Assembly (NCBI GenBank): GCA_963518785.1
Contig: CAUQKJ010000006.1
Span: 54,410 to 118,409, forward strand
Direction of reading: 5' to 3'
Length of the DNA: 64,000 nucleotides
Origin: an uncultured Campylobacter sp.
GTDB lineage: Bacteria > Campylobacterota > Campylobacteria > Campylobacterales > Campylobacteraceae
Part shown: positions 1-9,286 of the stretch, one piece after another
Numbering within the stretch: the first letter of the stretch is position 1
Layout of the letters: each line of letters opens with the position of its first letter
Translations under genes and position numbers: made by a program
The notes under the pieces: generated by a model
The model's input: the letters and a program-made list of their open reading frames with translations, nothing else
What the model was told of the DNA's origin: nothing
The model's database searches: none

Positions 1-985
1 AGCCAAGCACGAAAAAGGCGCTTTTAGCATCGATCTTATGAAGCTTATAGTAGTCGGTTACGAAAATTTTATCAAAGCCCTTGCCCTTTTGGAAGTAGTA
101 CTTCATCAGGTCTTTTACGCCGTCAAAATACAGGTTCTCGCCGCCCTGAACCTCTATCATCGCCGCCCAGTTAGGGTTTTTGCCTACTAGCATGCCGCAG
201 ACCGGGCATTTAGCGCCTTGCGGCACGACGATCTTTTCAGGCTTTTTCGCTTTTGTATCTTTACCGCTGCTGCCTAAATTTGCCGGCGCATCCCATAGAT
301 ACAGCGCCGCGGCTTGCAGGTGTTTGTCGTACTCAGGCTCCTTGCTCGCGCCTTTCGCGTCGCAAGCATTTTTGAGATGAGCTTTAAGCTCGGAGATGGC
401 TTTGAAGTTTTTCGCTTCGGTTTTAGCGCAGTTTGTCTCATAAAATTCCTTACCGTGCGCGTAAACGCCGCCCTCACGCTTGGCTTTAATCATCTTATTA
501 TCGCCCTCAAAATCCTGCCCCGCAATCTCGTAGGCTTTGGCGAAGCTCACTATCTCGCCGCCGTTTTCGGCTTGAAATTCTTTAGCGTCGGCTTCGGTTG
601 AGAAGGCGTATTTGCTATTGCGGCTCATCGTGCCTTTGACCTTGCTGCCCACGACGTAAAAGGCTTTATTTACGTCGATTAAATTTAGATTTTTCGTATC
701 GACAACCTGCGCATCGCTTGGAATTTTACCGCCCGTAATCTCGTACAAGCAGTGCAGAGAAGCTACTTGCTTGCCGTTTACAACATGGTTGGTTTTATAA
801 AATTTAACCAGGCTCATTCCGCAAACGGCGCAGTATTCTTTACCCTCTCCGCTTCCTACAAGCGTAGCTTTGCTTGGATCCACGCTTTGAAACATAGGCT
901 TTGCCGGCTTATTAGCCCCATCCATGGAGGCGCCGCAAACGAGCGCGACGAGCGCGGCCGAAGCCAAAAACGAACGTAAAATCAT
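1..985 (-). CDS. NosL-family-like secreted or lipoprotein with two tandem CxxCGM modules. Partial: the 3' end runs off the window start.
   Basis: Not in the ORF track because no stop lies in the window. Manual minus-strand translation from ATG at 985 (RBS AAGGAG upstream) is open to base 1. It starts MILRSFLASAALVALVCGAS (signal). It contains YCAVCGMSLV and KCPVCGMLVGKNPNWAAMIEV..LYFDGVKDLMKYY..VTDYY, typical of NosL-type domains. Confidence 0.6.
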   Translation of the reverse strand, partial: MILRSFLASAALVALVCGASMDGANKPAKPMFQSVDPSKATLVGSGEGKEYCAVCGMSLVKFYKTNHVVNGKQVASLHCLYEITGGKIPSDAQVVDTKNLNLIDVNKAFYVVGSKVKGTMSRNSKYAFSTEADAKEFQAENGGEIVSFAKAYEIAGQDFEGDNKMIKAKREGGVYAHGKEFYETNCAKTEAKNFKAISELKAHLKNACDAKGASKEPEYDKHLQAAALYLWDAPANLGSSGKDTKAKKPEKIVVPQGAKCPVCGMLVGKNPNWAAMIEVQGGENLYFDGVKDLMKYYFQKGKGFDKIFVTDYYKLHKIDAKSAFFVLG

Positions 986-1016
986 ACTATCTCCTTAAAA
1001 ATTTGATGTTTTAAAT

Positions 1017-1850
1017 TTACTTACTAATCGAGTTTAAAAATTCCAAATTCTCGCAGCCCATCTTAATGCCGCCGTCGCAGCTTTTTTTGAAAAGCTCTTT
1101 TGCTTTGGCGTTATCGGACTTCACGCCCTTACCTTCGGCATACATTATGGCTAAGTTATTGCAGCCGTCGAAGTGTCCGAGGTTGCACGCCTTTTCATAC
1201 TGCTGCTTTGCCTGCTTATAATCCTGGTCTACTCCTTGCCCGAAAGCGTATAGATAACCTAGATTGTTGCAGCCGATGCCGATGTCGCCGCCGCAAGCTT
1301 TTTCGTAAAAAATTTTAGCCTTTGCGAAGCTTTGCTCCACGCCCTCGCCCTTTAGATACAGATAGCCCAGGTTGTTGCAGCCCATCATATCGCCGTAGGT
1401 GCAGGCCTTCTCATAAAGGCTCGCCGCCTTAGCGACGTCCTTTGCGAGCCCCGCGCCGTTTGCGTATAAAAGTCCGAGCGAGGTGCAGCCTTCATTATCT
1501 TTGCAAGCCTTTTCGTAATAAGCCGCGGCTTTGGTAAAATTTTGATTCGCGCCGTTGCCGCTTTCGTAGATATAGCCTAGATTGTTGCATGCAAGCGCAA
1601 ATTTAGCGCTGCACGCCTTCTCGTAGAGGCTAATCGCTTTTTCGAAATTTTTCTCTACGTTGCCGGTGCCCTCAAAATACAAAACGGCTAGATTATAGCA
1701 GCCCGAAGCTTTATTTTCCAAACCGCACGCTCGCTCGTAAATTTCTGCGAGTTTTTTATGATCGCCGCTTTGCTGTGCCTGAATGCCCTCGCTGATAAAG
1801 CCCGCGTTTGCCGCGGCAGCCAAGGCTAACGCTATTAGAAATTTTTTCAA
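1017..1850 (-). CDS. Secreted Sel1-like repeat protein of the Helicobacter cysteine-rich protein (SLR) type
   Basis: Signal peptide MKKFLIALALAAAANA. About seven repeats of the form AC..(x7)..C(N)NLG.LY..G.GV..(D/N)..KA...YEKAC, each with a paired Cys. Confidence 0.8.
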   Translation of the reverse strand: MKKFLIALALAAAANAGFISEGIQAQQSGDHKKLAEIYERACGLENKASGCYNLAVLYFEGTGNVEKNFEKAISLYEKACSAKFALACNNLGYIYESGNGANQNFTKAAAYYEKACKDNEGCTSLGLLYANGAGLAKDVAKAASLYEKACTYGDMMGCNNLGYLYLKGEGVEQSFAKAKIFYEKACGGDIGIGCNNLGYLYAFGQGVDQDYKQAKQQYEKACNLGHFDGCNNLAIMYAEGKGVKSDNAKAKELFKKSCDGGIKMGCENLEFLNSISK

Positions 1851-1860
1851 ATTTACTCCT

Positions 1861-4551
1861 TTATATCGTTTTTACGTCCCTGCCCCTGAAGGCAAGAGCG
1901 ATTATTAAAAAGACCGCCGCTATTATACAATAAAACGGCGCGGGTATATGCGGTGCGTCTCCCGCGGCGTAAGAGTGCATGCCGGTGAGGTAGAAATTTA
2001 CGCCGAAATAGGTCATTATGATCGAGCTATACGCGAGCGTCGAGCTCACGCAATAAACATAGATCGAGCCGAGCTTCGGGATAAATTTCAGATGCAGCAC
2101 GATCGCATAGACGATGATCGAGACATACGACCAGGTCTCTTTGCTATCCCAGCCCCAGTATCGCCCCCAACTCTCATTCGCCCACACGCCGCCGAAGAAA
2201 TTTCCGAGCGTCAGCATCGAAAGCCCCACGATGAGGCTGATCTCGTTGATCGCCGTTATATATCTGATCTGAGCGTTGAGTCGTTCGCGATTGGCGCTGC
2301 TTTTAAGCACCATCAAAACAAGAGCCAAAAGACCGAGCAGACAGCTAAGCCCTAAAAATCCGTAGCTAGCCGTGATAACCGAGACGTGGATGCTAAGCCA
2401 ATACGATTTTAGCACCGGCACGAGATTGGTAATCTGCGGATTTACGAAGCTCATATGCGCTACTAGCATCACAATACTAGCTAGCAAACAGCTCGCGCTT
2501 AGCGTAAGTAGGGACTTTCTAAAAAATATGATCCCCGCAAGCGCCGCCGACCAGCCGATGTAGATCATCGATTCATAGCTATCGCTCCACGGCGCGTGGC
2601 CCGAGACGTACCAGCGCAACGCAAGCGCAAGGGTATGTGCCGCAAAGCTTGTAGCAAAGGTCGCAAATAAAATTTTTTGCGCGAGCATGAAGCGCTTACC
2701 GCAAAGCGCGCCGAAAAGCGCCAATATTAGAGCTACGCCGCCTAGGATCATATAGCAATAAACGAGCTTTTTGAAAACCGAAGCTTTGTTGTAAAACACC
2801 TCGGCCTTGACGCGACTAACGCTAGGCAAAATTTCCCTCGAGGTGGCTCTTTGGTAGTTTTTCAGCTCTGCAAGTGCTGCATCCGCTTTAGCCCAATCAT
2901 TATCCGAAATTCCGTCTTGCAAGCCGTTTAGATAATCATTTAGCACGCCTTTGATCTGCGGCGCGATCCTATAATCCGCAAAGGCGTCGTTCGGCGAGAG
3001 CCACGCGTTTTGCGGGTCGTTCGGCACGGGGATAAATTTAAAAAACACCCCTCTAAAGGTTAGATACGCGATATTTAGCCGCTCGTCGAATTTAATCAGC
3101 TCGTTATCGAGCACGCCGCGGCGCGAGGCGCTTTTTTCATTCGCCTCGTCCAGGGCGTGGGCGAGCTTGTAGTTGCCGTTTTCATCAAAGACCGAATTAA
3201 AGCTCGCATATCGCTCCTGCGGCGCCAAGCCCAGCATCTTTTTGATCTCGTCGTTTTTGATCTTGATGATCTTTTGATCGCGCCAGAAAGCGGGATTTAG
3301 GCTCATTCCTAGGATCATCTGCTCAGCGCTTAAGCCGTAGAGCGAATCCGTGCCTGAAATTTTATTTACGATCTCGCTTGCTTCGGTGCTAAGCGGCTTG
3401 ATCCTGCCCATGTAATCTTGCACCAAAAGCTCCGCAAACGCGCCGTTTGCATGAACGCGCGAGTTGGCTTTAAGGTTTTGCAGATAGTTTTCATCCGCGG
3501 CGCGAAGCTCAATGCTGAAAAAAAGCGGCGCGATTAGAAGAAGCGCGGCGGGCGCATTATTTTTGATAAATTTAGCTAGCTTTTTAAACCTGCTGCCGGC
3601 GGTAAAAAGATTGCCGATAAATCCGACGCAAAGCAAGAAATAGCCGAAATAAGTGGGGATTTTACCCGGATCGCGATTAAGCTCCAGCACCGTGCCCAGC
3701 TCGTCGGTATCGTAGGAGGATTGAAAGAGCTTAAAGCCGCCAAAGTTTAGCGGGTGGTTCATATAAATTTCATGCTCCCCCACGCTCTTGCCCTCTTTTA
3801 AAATTTCAACGTCACTAGCATAGGATGACGGGCTTTGCGAGCCCGGGTAGCGTTCGAGCTTAAATTTCAAAAGCTTTACCGCAAACGGAAGCTCTATGAG
3901 CTTCGAGCCCCAGCTTAGCATTATCTCCTCGCCGTCAAAATTTAAAATTTTGGGCTCGCCGAGCCAGCCAGCGCCGCCGCGCAGCTGCGCTTCTTGCTCG
4001 CTTCCGCCCTCAAAGCCCGCTTTTACCGCAAGCGTGCCCTGCTCGCCTTTGGGCGCGGGTTTGTAGGAGCTAAATTTGACGGTGAAGCTTTTAGAATTTA
4101 TACTTTGCGTGAAGCTAAAATCGTTATCGCCGATCTGGCTTAAATTTAGCGGATGCTCAAACAGCGCGTCTTGCGTGCGGATTTGCAAGTATGGCTTGAC
4201 GCTTACCATCTCGTTTTCGCTCTCGCCCGCCCTTACGTGCAGCACGCCCTCGGTGCCGAAATAGCGCGTCAGCGCCGCGCCGATAAAGATGACGATAAAT
4301 GCCGCATGAAGCACGAAGGAGCCGAAGCGGCGCCACATTTTGGTTTTAATTATAATGCCGAGCAGGCTCAGCGTCGCAGCACCCATGACGCACTCGTACC
4401 AGCGCGCCTCATAGACTAAAATTTTAGCCGTTTGCGTATCGTAAATGCTCTCTAAAAAGGTTGCGACGCCGGCACCTGCGGCTAGAATAAAAAGGAGGCA
4501 GAGCGCAAACTTGTAAGAGATGAAAAATTTTAATATTTTTAGCGCGCTCAT
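1861..4551 (-). CDS. ccsA1: Fused CcsB-CcsA (CcsBA/ResBC-type) system II cytochrome c synthase. Its location suggests the MccA-dedicated isoenzyme.
   Basis: 896 aa, multi-pass membrane protein with a large periplasmic insert. WWD-type motif WGRYWGWDSKETW and conserved His residues in the C-terminal CcsA part. It lies directly downstream of mccABCD. Confidence 0.8.
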   Translation of the reverse strand: MSALKILKFFISYKFALCLLFILAAGAGVATFLESIYDTQTAKILVYEARWYECVMGAATLSLLGIIIKTKMWRRFGSFVLHAAFIVIFIGAALTRYFGTEGVLHVRAGESENEMVSVKPYLQIRTQDALFEHPLNLSQIGDNDFSFTQSINSKSFTVKFSSYKPAPKGEQGTLAVKAGFEGGSEQEAQLRGGAGWLGEPKILNFDGEEIMLSWGSKLIELPFAVKLLKFKLERYPGSQSPSSYASDVEILKEGKSVGEHEIYMNHPLNFGGFKLFQSSYDTDELGTVLELNRDPGKIPTYFGYFLLCVGFIGNLFTAGSRFKKLAKFIKNNAPAALLLIAPLFFSIELRAADENYLQNLKANSRVHANGAFAELLVQDYMGRIKPLSTEASEIVNKISGTDSLYGLSAEQMILGMSLNPAFWRDQKIIKIKNDEIKKMLGLAPQERYASFNSVFDENGNYKLAHALDEANEKSASRRGVLDNELIKFDERLNIAYLTFRGVFFKFIPVPNDPQNAWLSPNDAFADYRIAPQIKGVLNDYLNGLQDGISDNDWAKADAALAELKNYQRATSREILPSVSRVKAEVFYNKASVFKKLVYCYMILGGVALILALFGALCGKRFMLAQKILFATFATSFAAHTLALALRWYVSGHAPWSDSYESMIYIGWSAALAGIIFFRKSLLTLSASCLLASIVMLVAHMSFVNPQITNLVPVLKSYWLSIHVSVITASYGFLGLSCLLGLLALVLMVLKSSANRERLNAQIRYITAINEISLIVGLSMLTLGNFFGGVWANESWGRYWGWDSKETWSYVSIIVYAIVLHLKFIPKLGSIYVYCVSSTLAYSSIIMTYFGVNFYLTGMHSYAAGDAPHIPAPFYCIIAAVFLIIALAFRGRDVKTI

Positions 4552-4566
4552 TAACCCTCCGCAGTT

Positions 4567-5538
4567 TTACATTATTATATCGTAAGTTTGTCCCGCGTAT
4601 AGTATAAACATTCTAAGAAGTAATACTCCGACCACGCTGGCAAGCGCGCTCGCGTAGAACGCAAACGCAGAGTGAGCGATCTTTTTGCCCAGTGCGAAAT
4701 TTAAAACGAGCGGTACGCAAAAGCCTACGCCCACGACGCCCAGCCAAAACATCTTCGCATAAAATCCCTCGCTAAATGCGACGCTAGCGGCTTTTTGCAC
4801 GTCGCTGCCCGTTATTAGTGAGACGAAAATCATGCCGATTAGTAAAATTTCCATCGCTAAAACCGGCCACTCGACCGCGTGTAAAATTTTAAGATCGCCG
4901 CCGTGCAGCTCAGCTTTAAAGAAAAGCGCGGCTATTAGGCTTGAGCCTGCGATGCCCGCAGATAGGCCCGACGCCACGAAAAGCGCAGGTAAAACGGCTG
5001 TATTAAGGATAGGAAATCTAACCAAAACCGAGATCAAAAAGCCCGTATAGGCGCAGATCGCAACCGCAAAAACAAGCGTAAGCGCAAGAAGCAGCGGGCG
5101 AAGCGCGTTTAAAATTTTCATTACGAGCGTGAAAAGCCCTTTTAAAAAAGTAAGTCTACGCGATAAAAATCCGCCAAGATCAGCTTCAAATGCATAAAGG
5201 CATGCTACGAAGCTAAGCGGGATATAGACGCAAAGCGCCGCCACGCCCACGGACATAACCGAGGTAAAGTTATAATTAATCAAAATTTTCCAAAAAAGTA
5301 GTGGTCGCTCTAAATCGGCTACTAGACAAACCATACCTAGAAGGATAGTGACGAAAGATAGCAGCGACGCAGCCTTAAATAGCGGCGTGCTTTCGGTCTG
5401 CTTTTTATAAAATTTGACGAGGATCGCGACTATTAACGCGCCGCCGCTCATACCCGCTAGCAAAAGATAAACCGCGATCGGCCAGCCCCACTCCACGCCG
5501 TGCGAGAAGGTCGCAGTGAAATTTATAGCTCCGTTCAT
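4567..5538 (-). CDS. mccD: NrfD/PsrC-family integral membrane (quinol-interacting) subunit
   Basis: 323 aa, about 8 predicted TM helices. It is adjacent to and 1 nt from the 4Fe-4S subunit gene, and synteny matches the mcc cluster. Confidence 0.8.
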   Translation of the reverse strand: MNGAINFTATFSHGVEWGWPIAVYLLLAGMSGGALIVAILVKFYKKQTESTPLFKAASLLSFVTILLGMVCLVADLERPLLFWKILINYNFTSVMSVGVAALCVYIPLSFVACLYAFEADLGGFLSRRLTFLKGLFTLVMKILNALRPLLLALTLVFAVAICAYTGFLISVLVRFPILNTAVLPALFVASGLSAGIAGSSLIAALFFKAELHGGDLKILHAVEWPVLAMEILLIGMIFVSLITGSDVQKAASVAFSEGFYAKMFWLGVVGVGFCVPLVLNFALGKKIAHSAFAFYASALASVVGVLLLRMFILYAGQTYDIIM

Positions 5539-5539
5539 G

Positions 5540-6253
5540 TCACACTCCTAGTTTTACCGCAGGAATATAGCGCAGGCTCGGCTTCGTGCCGCACTCAGGA
5601 TGCATGCGCAGGCTATCTTTTACGCGAAGTAGCTTGCTGATGTGCGATTCTTCGTCGTTTAGATCGCCGAATACGATCGCCTCGTATCTGCACGCCTCGA
5701 TGCAGGCGGGCTCGTGGCCGTCTTTTAAATTTGTATCTAAGCAGAAGTTGCAGCTCTCTGCGGCTTTGGTTTCGTGGTTTATGAAGCGCACGTCGTAAGG
5801 ACAGGCGACGATGCAGTATTTACAGGCGATGCAGTCGTCGGTGTTCATCGTAGTGATGCCGGTTTTTTCGTCCTTGTGACAGGCTTTTGTCGGGCAAACT
5901 TTTACGCACGGCGCGTCCTCACACTGCTGACAAGATACTCTGACGTAGCGCTTTTCTTTTAAATTTAGCGGATCGGTTTTATCCTCTATAAAAAGCCTCA
6001 TCTGGCCTTTCGGAACCAAATTTACCTTTTTACAGGCGATCTCGCAGTCGGTGCAGCCCACGCATTTGTTCTGATCAAAGATCATGCCGTAGTGCGGCTT
6101 TTTCGGCTCTTGCTTTTTGACGCTCGCGTTTGCGTCTTGCGCGCTTTTATCCGCGCCGTCGCCGTTTTGCGCAAGTAAATTTGAGGCAATTGCGCCGAGC
6201 CCCAAAGAGCCGAGTGCGGCGGATTTTATAAAATTTCTTCTTTGCTTTTGCAT
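5540..6253 (-). CDS. mccC: Tat-exported ferredoxin-type subunit with four [4Fe-4S] motifs (NrfC/DmsB-like)
   Basis: Twin-arginine signal QRRNFIKSAALGSLG. Cys clusters CVGCTDCEIAC, CQQCEDAPCVKVCP, CIACKYCIVACP and CNFC...CIEAC. Confidence 0.85.
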   Translation of the reverse strand: MQKQRRNFIKSAALGSLGLGAIASNLLAQNGDGADKSAQDANASVKKQEPKKPHYGMIFDQNKCVGCTDCEIACKKVNLVPKGQMRLFIEDKTDPLNLKEKRYVRVSCQQCEDAPCVKVCPTKACHKDEKTGITTMNTDDCIACKYCIVACPYDVRFINHETKAAESCNFCLDTNLKDGHEPACIEACRYEAIVFGDLNDEESHISKLLRVKDSLRMHPECGTKPSLRYIPAVKLGV

Positions 6254-6281
6254 ATTCTCCTCCGACTAAATTTAAGCAAAA

Positions 6282-7055
6282 CTACTTCGTTTTGTTCGCG
6301 TCGTGAAAGCTTTTAGCCTCGCTCTCGCTAAGTTTTTTCGCTGCTTCGGCGAGCTCACCGGGCTTTAAAACTTTTAGTAGTTCTGCTTCAAAAATCACCA
6401 CAGAACCCGCAGGAATTCTATCTACGTCCACGTTGCCGTAGGCTAAATTACTAGGGATTGTAAATTTATATTTCGAGCCCGTATTCATCAAAAGCAATCC
6501 CTCGCGCAATCCGTCGATTAAGCCTATCATAGAAAGATGCGCCGGAATTTTAGATGCGAAAGTATCGTCAAATACGCTACCATTCGTCAAATACGCCTTG
6601 TAGTTCATCACCACTACGCTCTCAGGTTTTGGCTTTTCGCCCATGCCTAGCTTTAGAATTTCATATTGAAGACCGGATTTTGTGGTTTTAACGTCTGGAT
6701 TTTTGGCATTTTTCGCCATAAATTCCTTGCCTGCTTTTAAATTTTTATCAAGCTCCGCTTTGGAATTTGTTTCTACGATCTTATTTAGCTTATCGGCTCT
6801 TTGATTCAAAAGCGCAATAATTTCCTCATCTTTTAGCTTCTGCTGCTTTTTAAGAGCGTCCAAAAACCCCTCTATCACCGCATCTAAGTCGTATTTGACG
6901 CCTAATGCGGCTTGTGAATGCAGCTGGTTTGAAACATAGCTTCCGGTAGAAGCTCCGATGCTATAAGATTCTTTTTGTTCTTGCGTAGTTAAATTCGCGC
7001 CCAACGCGCAGCTTGCCAAAACGATAGGCAAGAAAATTTTCAGTCTTTTTTGCAT
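6282..7055 (-). CDS. mccB: Periplasmic FKBP-type peptidyl-prolyl cis-trans isomerase (FkpA/Mip-like)
   Basis: Signal peptide, helical N-domain, and C-terminal FKBP core (GSVFDDTF...IDGLREGLLLMNTGSKYKFTIPSNLAYG). Positioned between mccA and mccC. Confidence 0.8.
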   Translation of the reverse strand: MQKRLKIFLPIVLASCALGANLTTQEQKESYSIGASTGSYVSNQLHSQAALGVKYDLDAVIEGFLDALKKQQKLKDEEIIALLNQRADKLNKIVETNSKAELDKNLKAGKEFMAKNAKNPDVKTTKSGLQYEILKLGMGEKPKPESVVVMNYKAYLTNGSVFDDTFASKIPAHLSMIGLIDGLREGLLLMNTGSKYKFTIPSNLAYGNVDVDRIPAGSVVIFEAELLKVLKPGELAEAAKKLSESEAKSFHDANKTK

Positions 7056-7106
7056 ACATTTGCCTTTTAAATTTCGGGGCCGCGAACTTACGCGACCCCG
7101 AAAGAA

Positions 7107-9182
7107 TTATAAATTATTATTTAGAATTCTTTGAGCCTCTTTGATATACTCTTTAGCGGCTTCTAGCCTTTGCTTAGTATATTTAAAGCCATGCATTCCC
7201 CATGAGCCGTCTTTTTCGATAAGATCGACGGTGTCTTGAGCTTTTTCGATCAGCTCGTAAACGCGAGTTTTGTCGCTGGAGTTAAGCTTTTTAGTCTCAA
7301 GGATAGAGTAAATTCCTTGAATACCGATCTTAACTTGCGAGAAGTCGCTCTTAATCGGAGTTTGCCAGCCCATAACCTCATCGTAAACCTGCTTTTGGTT
7401 CTTGAAGTGAAGCGTCTCTTTTAGCTCGGAAACGACAGGGCTGTGGCAGCCTTTGGTATCTTGCATATCTTTATCCGCCCAAGACGTTCTTGCGCACGAC
7501 CACATAAGATCGACGAAATTTCGTCCATCTTTATTTCTTTGGAAGTGCCAATCTTTCGCATCTCTTGGGCCTTTAGCGGCATCGCCTGCGACTAGAGATT
7601 TTCTAGCAGGATCGATATCGATCTTCCAGATGTGCGATCTTCTTTGAGTATCAAATCCCGCGTTGTCTTGGAACTGAATAGCATAGAAGTTCTCGCAGCT
7701 CATCATAAACGGCATGTGGCAAGATGCGCAGGTGTTGTCTTTATGCGTATCGGCTCTTGCGGCGATGTAGGCTTGCTCTTGGTGGCAATCTTTGCACTCT
7801 TTTGTGATCTTAGGCTTTGTATAAAACGCACTCAAATAGCCCTGCTCGGAGTTGTAATTTACGCCCTTGACGCTCTTGTCGCCTACGACAGGTCCTGTAT
7901 TATCGTGCGGATCGTGGCAGGTTACGCAGCGCATACCCTTATCATAGTGAGCAGTGAAATATGACTGTGAGCCCTCGGAGCCGCAGCCAGGACCCATAGA
8001 TTTAAATTTAGAGCTAAGAGATAGATCGGGATTTCCGTTGTTTAGTGGATTAGCACGAGCTAAATCAGGGCTATAGTTAAATCTTTGGTGGCAGCGTTCG
8101 CAGTTTGAGGTTCTAAAATTTGTAGCGCCGTCAAGGTGACCACCCGCTCCATGGCACTCTTCGCAGGTGATACCCTTGGAGATAGTGTGCTTTTGAAGCT
8201 CTTTTGCGTTACCCAAAGCAGCATAGAATTCTTTTTTAGTTTTAAAATCGAATTTGAATGGGTGGCAGACTTCGCAGTACGAGCTGTTTGCTTGGAAAAA
8301 CATCGATTTTTTGTATTTCGCAGCATACGACGCAAGACCTCTTACGTAACCGCCGTTATCGCCGTATTCCTCAAGCGTGCCCGGGAATTCCGGAACGATC
8401 TTTTTGATCTTTTTGACCGTCTCATCATCTAAATTTAACGCCCAGGTCCTTTGGAATTGGTTGCCGCCGGCTACGATTTGACCGGTGCCATCTCTTAGCA
8501 AACCGCCCTCTACGTGATAGGTTCCGCGTAGAAGCCATGCATCTACGTAGCCGAATTTTGTCCTTAAGTGTCCCACGGTCGCATAAATTACGTCAGGGGT
8601 AATACCTTTTGGAAGGATCGACGCCGTATCTGGGCTAAATACAGGATCGGTTAGGTTGTTATTAACCTCCGGGTGCTCGCCCGGGAAGCGGATAGTAGTG
8701 GCGTGGCGCGATCTGCTCCATGTCTCATACTGTGCAGGGTGGCACTCGCCGCATTTTTCAGGACCTATGAATTTATTCGGAAATTGCAAAGAAGAGCCCG
8801 CAGGGATTCTATACATCATAGAGCTATAGCCCTTGCCGTCGTCTCTTTTGCTAGCCTTCGAAAAGTCAAATCCATGCCCTTCCGCAAGCCACTCCAAACC
8901 TCGGTCGTGTACATCCATCTTACCGACCGTCTTACCGCCGTATTTGGTAAAAATCGGGTGATTTTTAAATAGCCAGTCATACATCTCTCGCTCTTCTACG
9001 ACGTAGTCCTGCAAGGATATGACGCCTCTGCTTTGCAACGTGCCCTTAGGATTTGCGATGACGTCGCGCGATTTTTGCGACATTTCCATCTCATGCCCCA
9101 TGCCTTCATCGGCACAGGCTCCTGCGGCAAAAATGCTAATACAGGCGAGCGCGCCTAGTAGCATCTTATTCCATTTTTTCAT
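7107..9182 (-). CDS. mccA: Octaheme cytochrome c sulfite reductase MccA
   Basis: Seven CxxCH motifs (CGECH, CEVCH, CEECH, CERCH, CVTCH, CKDCH, CASCH) plus one CX15CH (CARTSWADKDMQDTKGCH, nt 7443-7496). Start moved to the ATG at 9182, which is preceded by GGAGGAG. Signal peptide present. Confidence 0.85.
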   Translation of the reverse strand: MKKWNKMLLGALACISIFAAGACADEGMGHEMEMSQKSRDVIANPKGTLQSRGVISLQDYVVEEREMYDWLFKNHPIFTKYGGKTVGKMDVHDRGLEWLAEGHGFDFSKASKRDDGKGYSSMMYRIPAGSSLQFPNKFIGPEKCGECHPAQYETWSRSRHATTIRFPGEHPEVNNNLTDPVFSPDTASILPKGITPDVIYATVGHLRTKFGYVDAWLLRGTYHVEGGLLRDGTGQIVAGGNQFQRTWALNLDDETVKKIKKIVPEFPGTLEEYGDNGGYVRGLASYAAKYKKSMFFQANSSYCEVCHPFKFDFKTKKEFYAALGNAKELQKHTISKGITCEECHGAGGHLDGATNFRTSNCERCHQRFNYSPDLARANPLNNGNPDLSLSSKFKSMGPGCGSEGSQSYFTAHYDKGMRCVTCHDPHDNTGPVVGDKSVKGVNYNSEQGYLSAFYTKPKITKECKDCHQEQAYIAARADTHKDNTCASCHMPFMMSCENFYAIQFQDNAGFDTQRRSHIWKIDIDPARKSLVAGDAAKGPRDAKDWHFQRNKDGRNFVDLMWSCARTSWADKDMQDTKGCHSPVVSELKETLHFKNQKQVYDEVMGWQTPIKSDFSQVKIGIQGIYSILETKKLNSSDKTRVYELIEKAQDTVDLIEKDGSWGMHGFKYTKQRLEAAKEYIKEAQRILNNNL

Positions 9183-9234
9183 GGCTCCTCCTTTGAAAAT
9201 CAAATTTTTAAATTAGCAAAGTTTTACGATTGAA

Positions 9235-9243
9235 ATAATACCA
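9235..9243 (-). promoter_or_regulatory. Candidate extended -10 promoter element (TGgTATTAT) for mccA
   Basis: The minus strand reads TGGTATTAT about 53 nt upstream of the mccA ATG, in the 80-nt gap after the kinase gene. Confidence 0.3.
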
Positions 9244-9286
9244 ACAAAAAAGGGCGAAAAAGGGAGAAATTTAATGAAGTCTAAAT

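Noticed and set aside
180-979. Plus-strand ORFs 180-380, 314-601 and 752-979, and minus-strand ORF 274-477, at the window start
   Set aside because: They are shadow frames of the long minus-strand NosL-like gene (1-985). Their sequences are low-complexity and non-protein-like, with no RBS.
1948-2355. Antisense or overlapping ORFs inside large genes, for example 1948-2355, 4153-4419, 7632-7964, 23087-23677, 29686-30228, 30946-31401, 51888-52358 and 59593-60097
   Set aside because: Each lies fully within a confidently recognised gene on the opposite strand or in another frame. Arg/Ser/Ala-rich shadow-frame composition, and no family resemblance.
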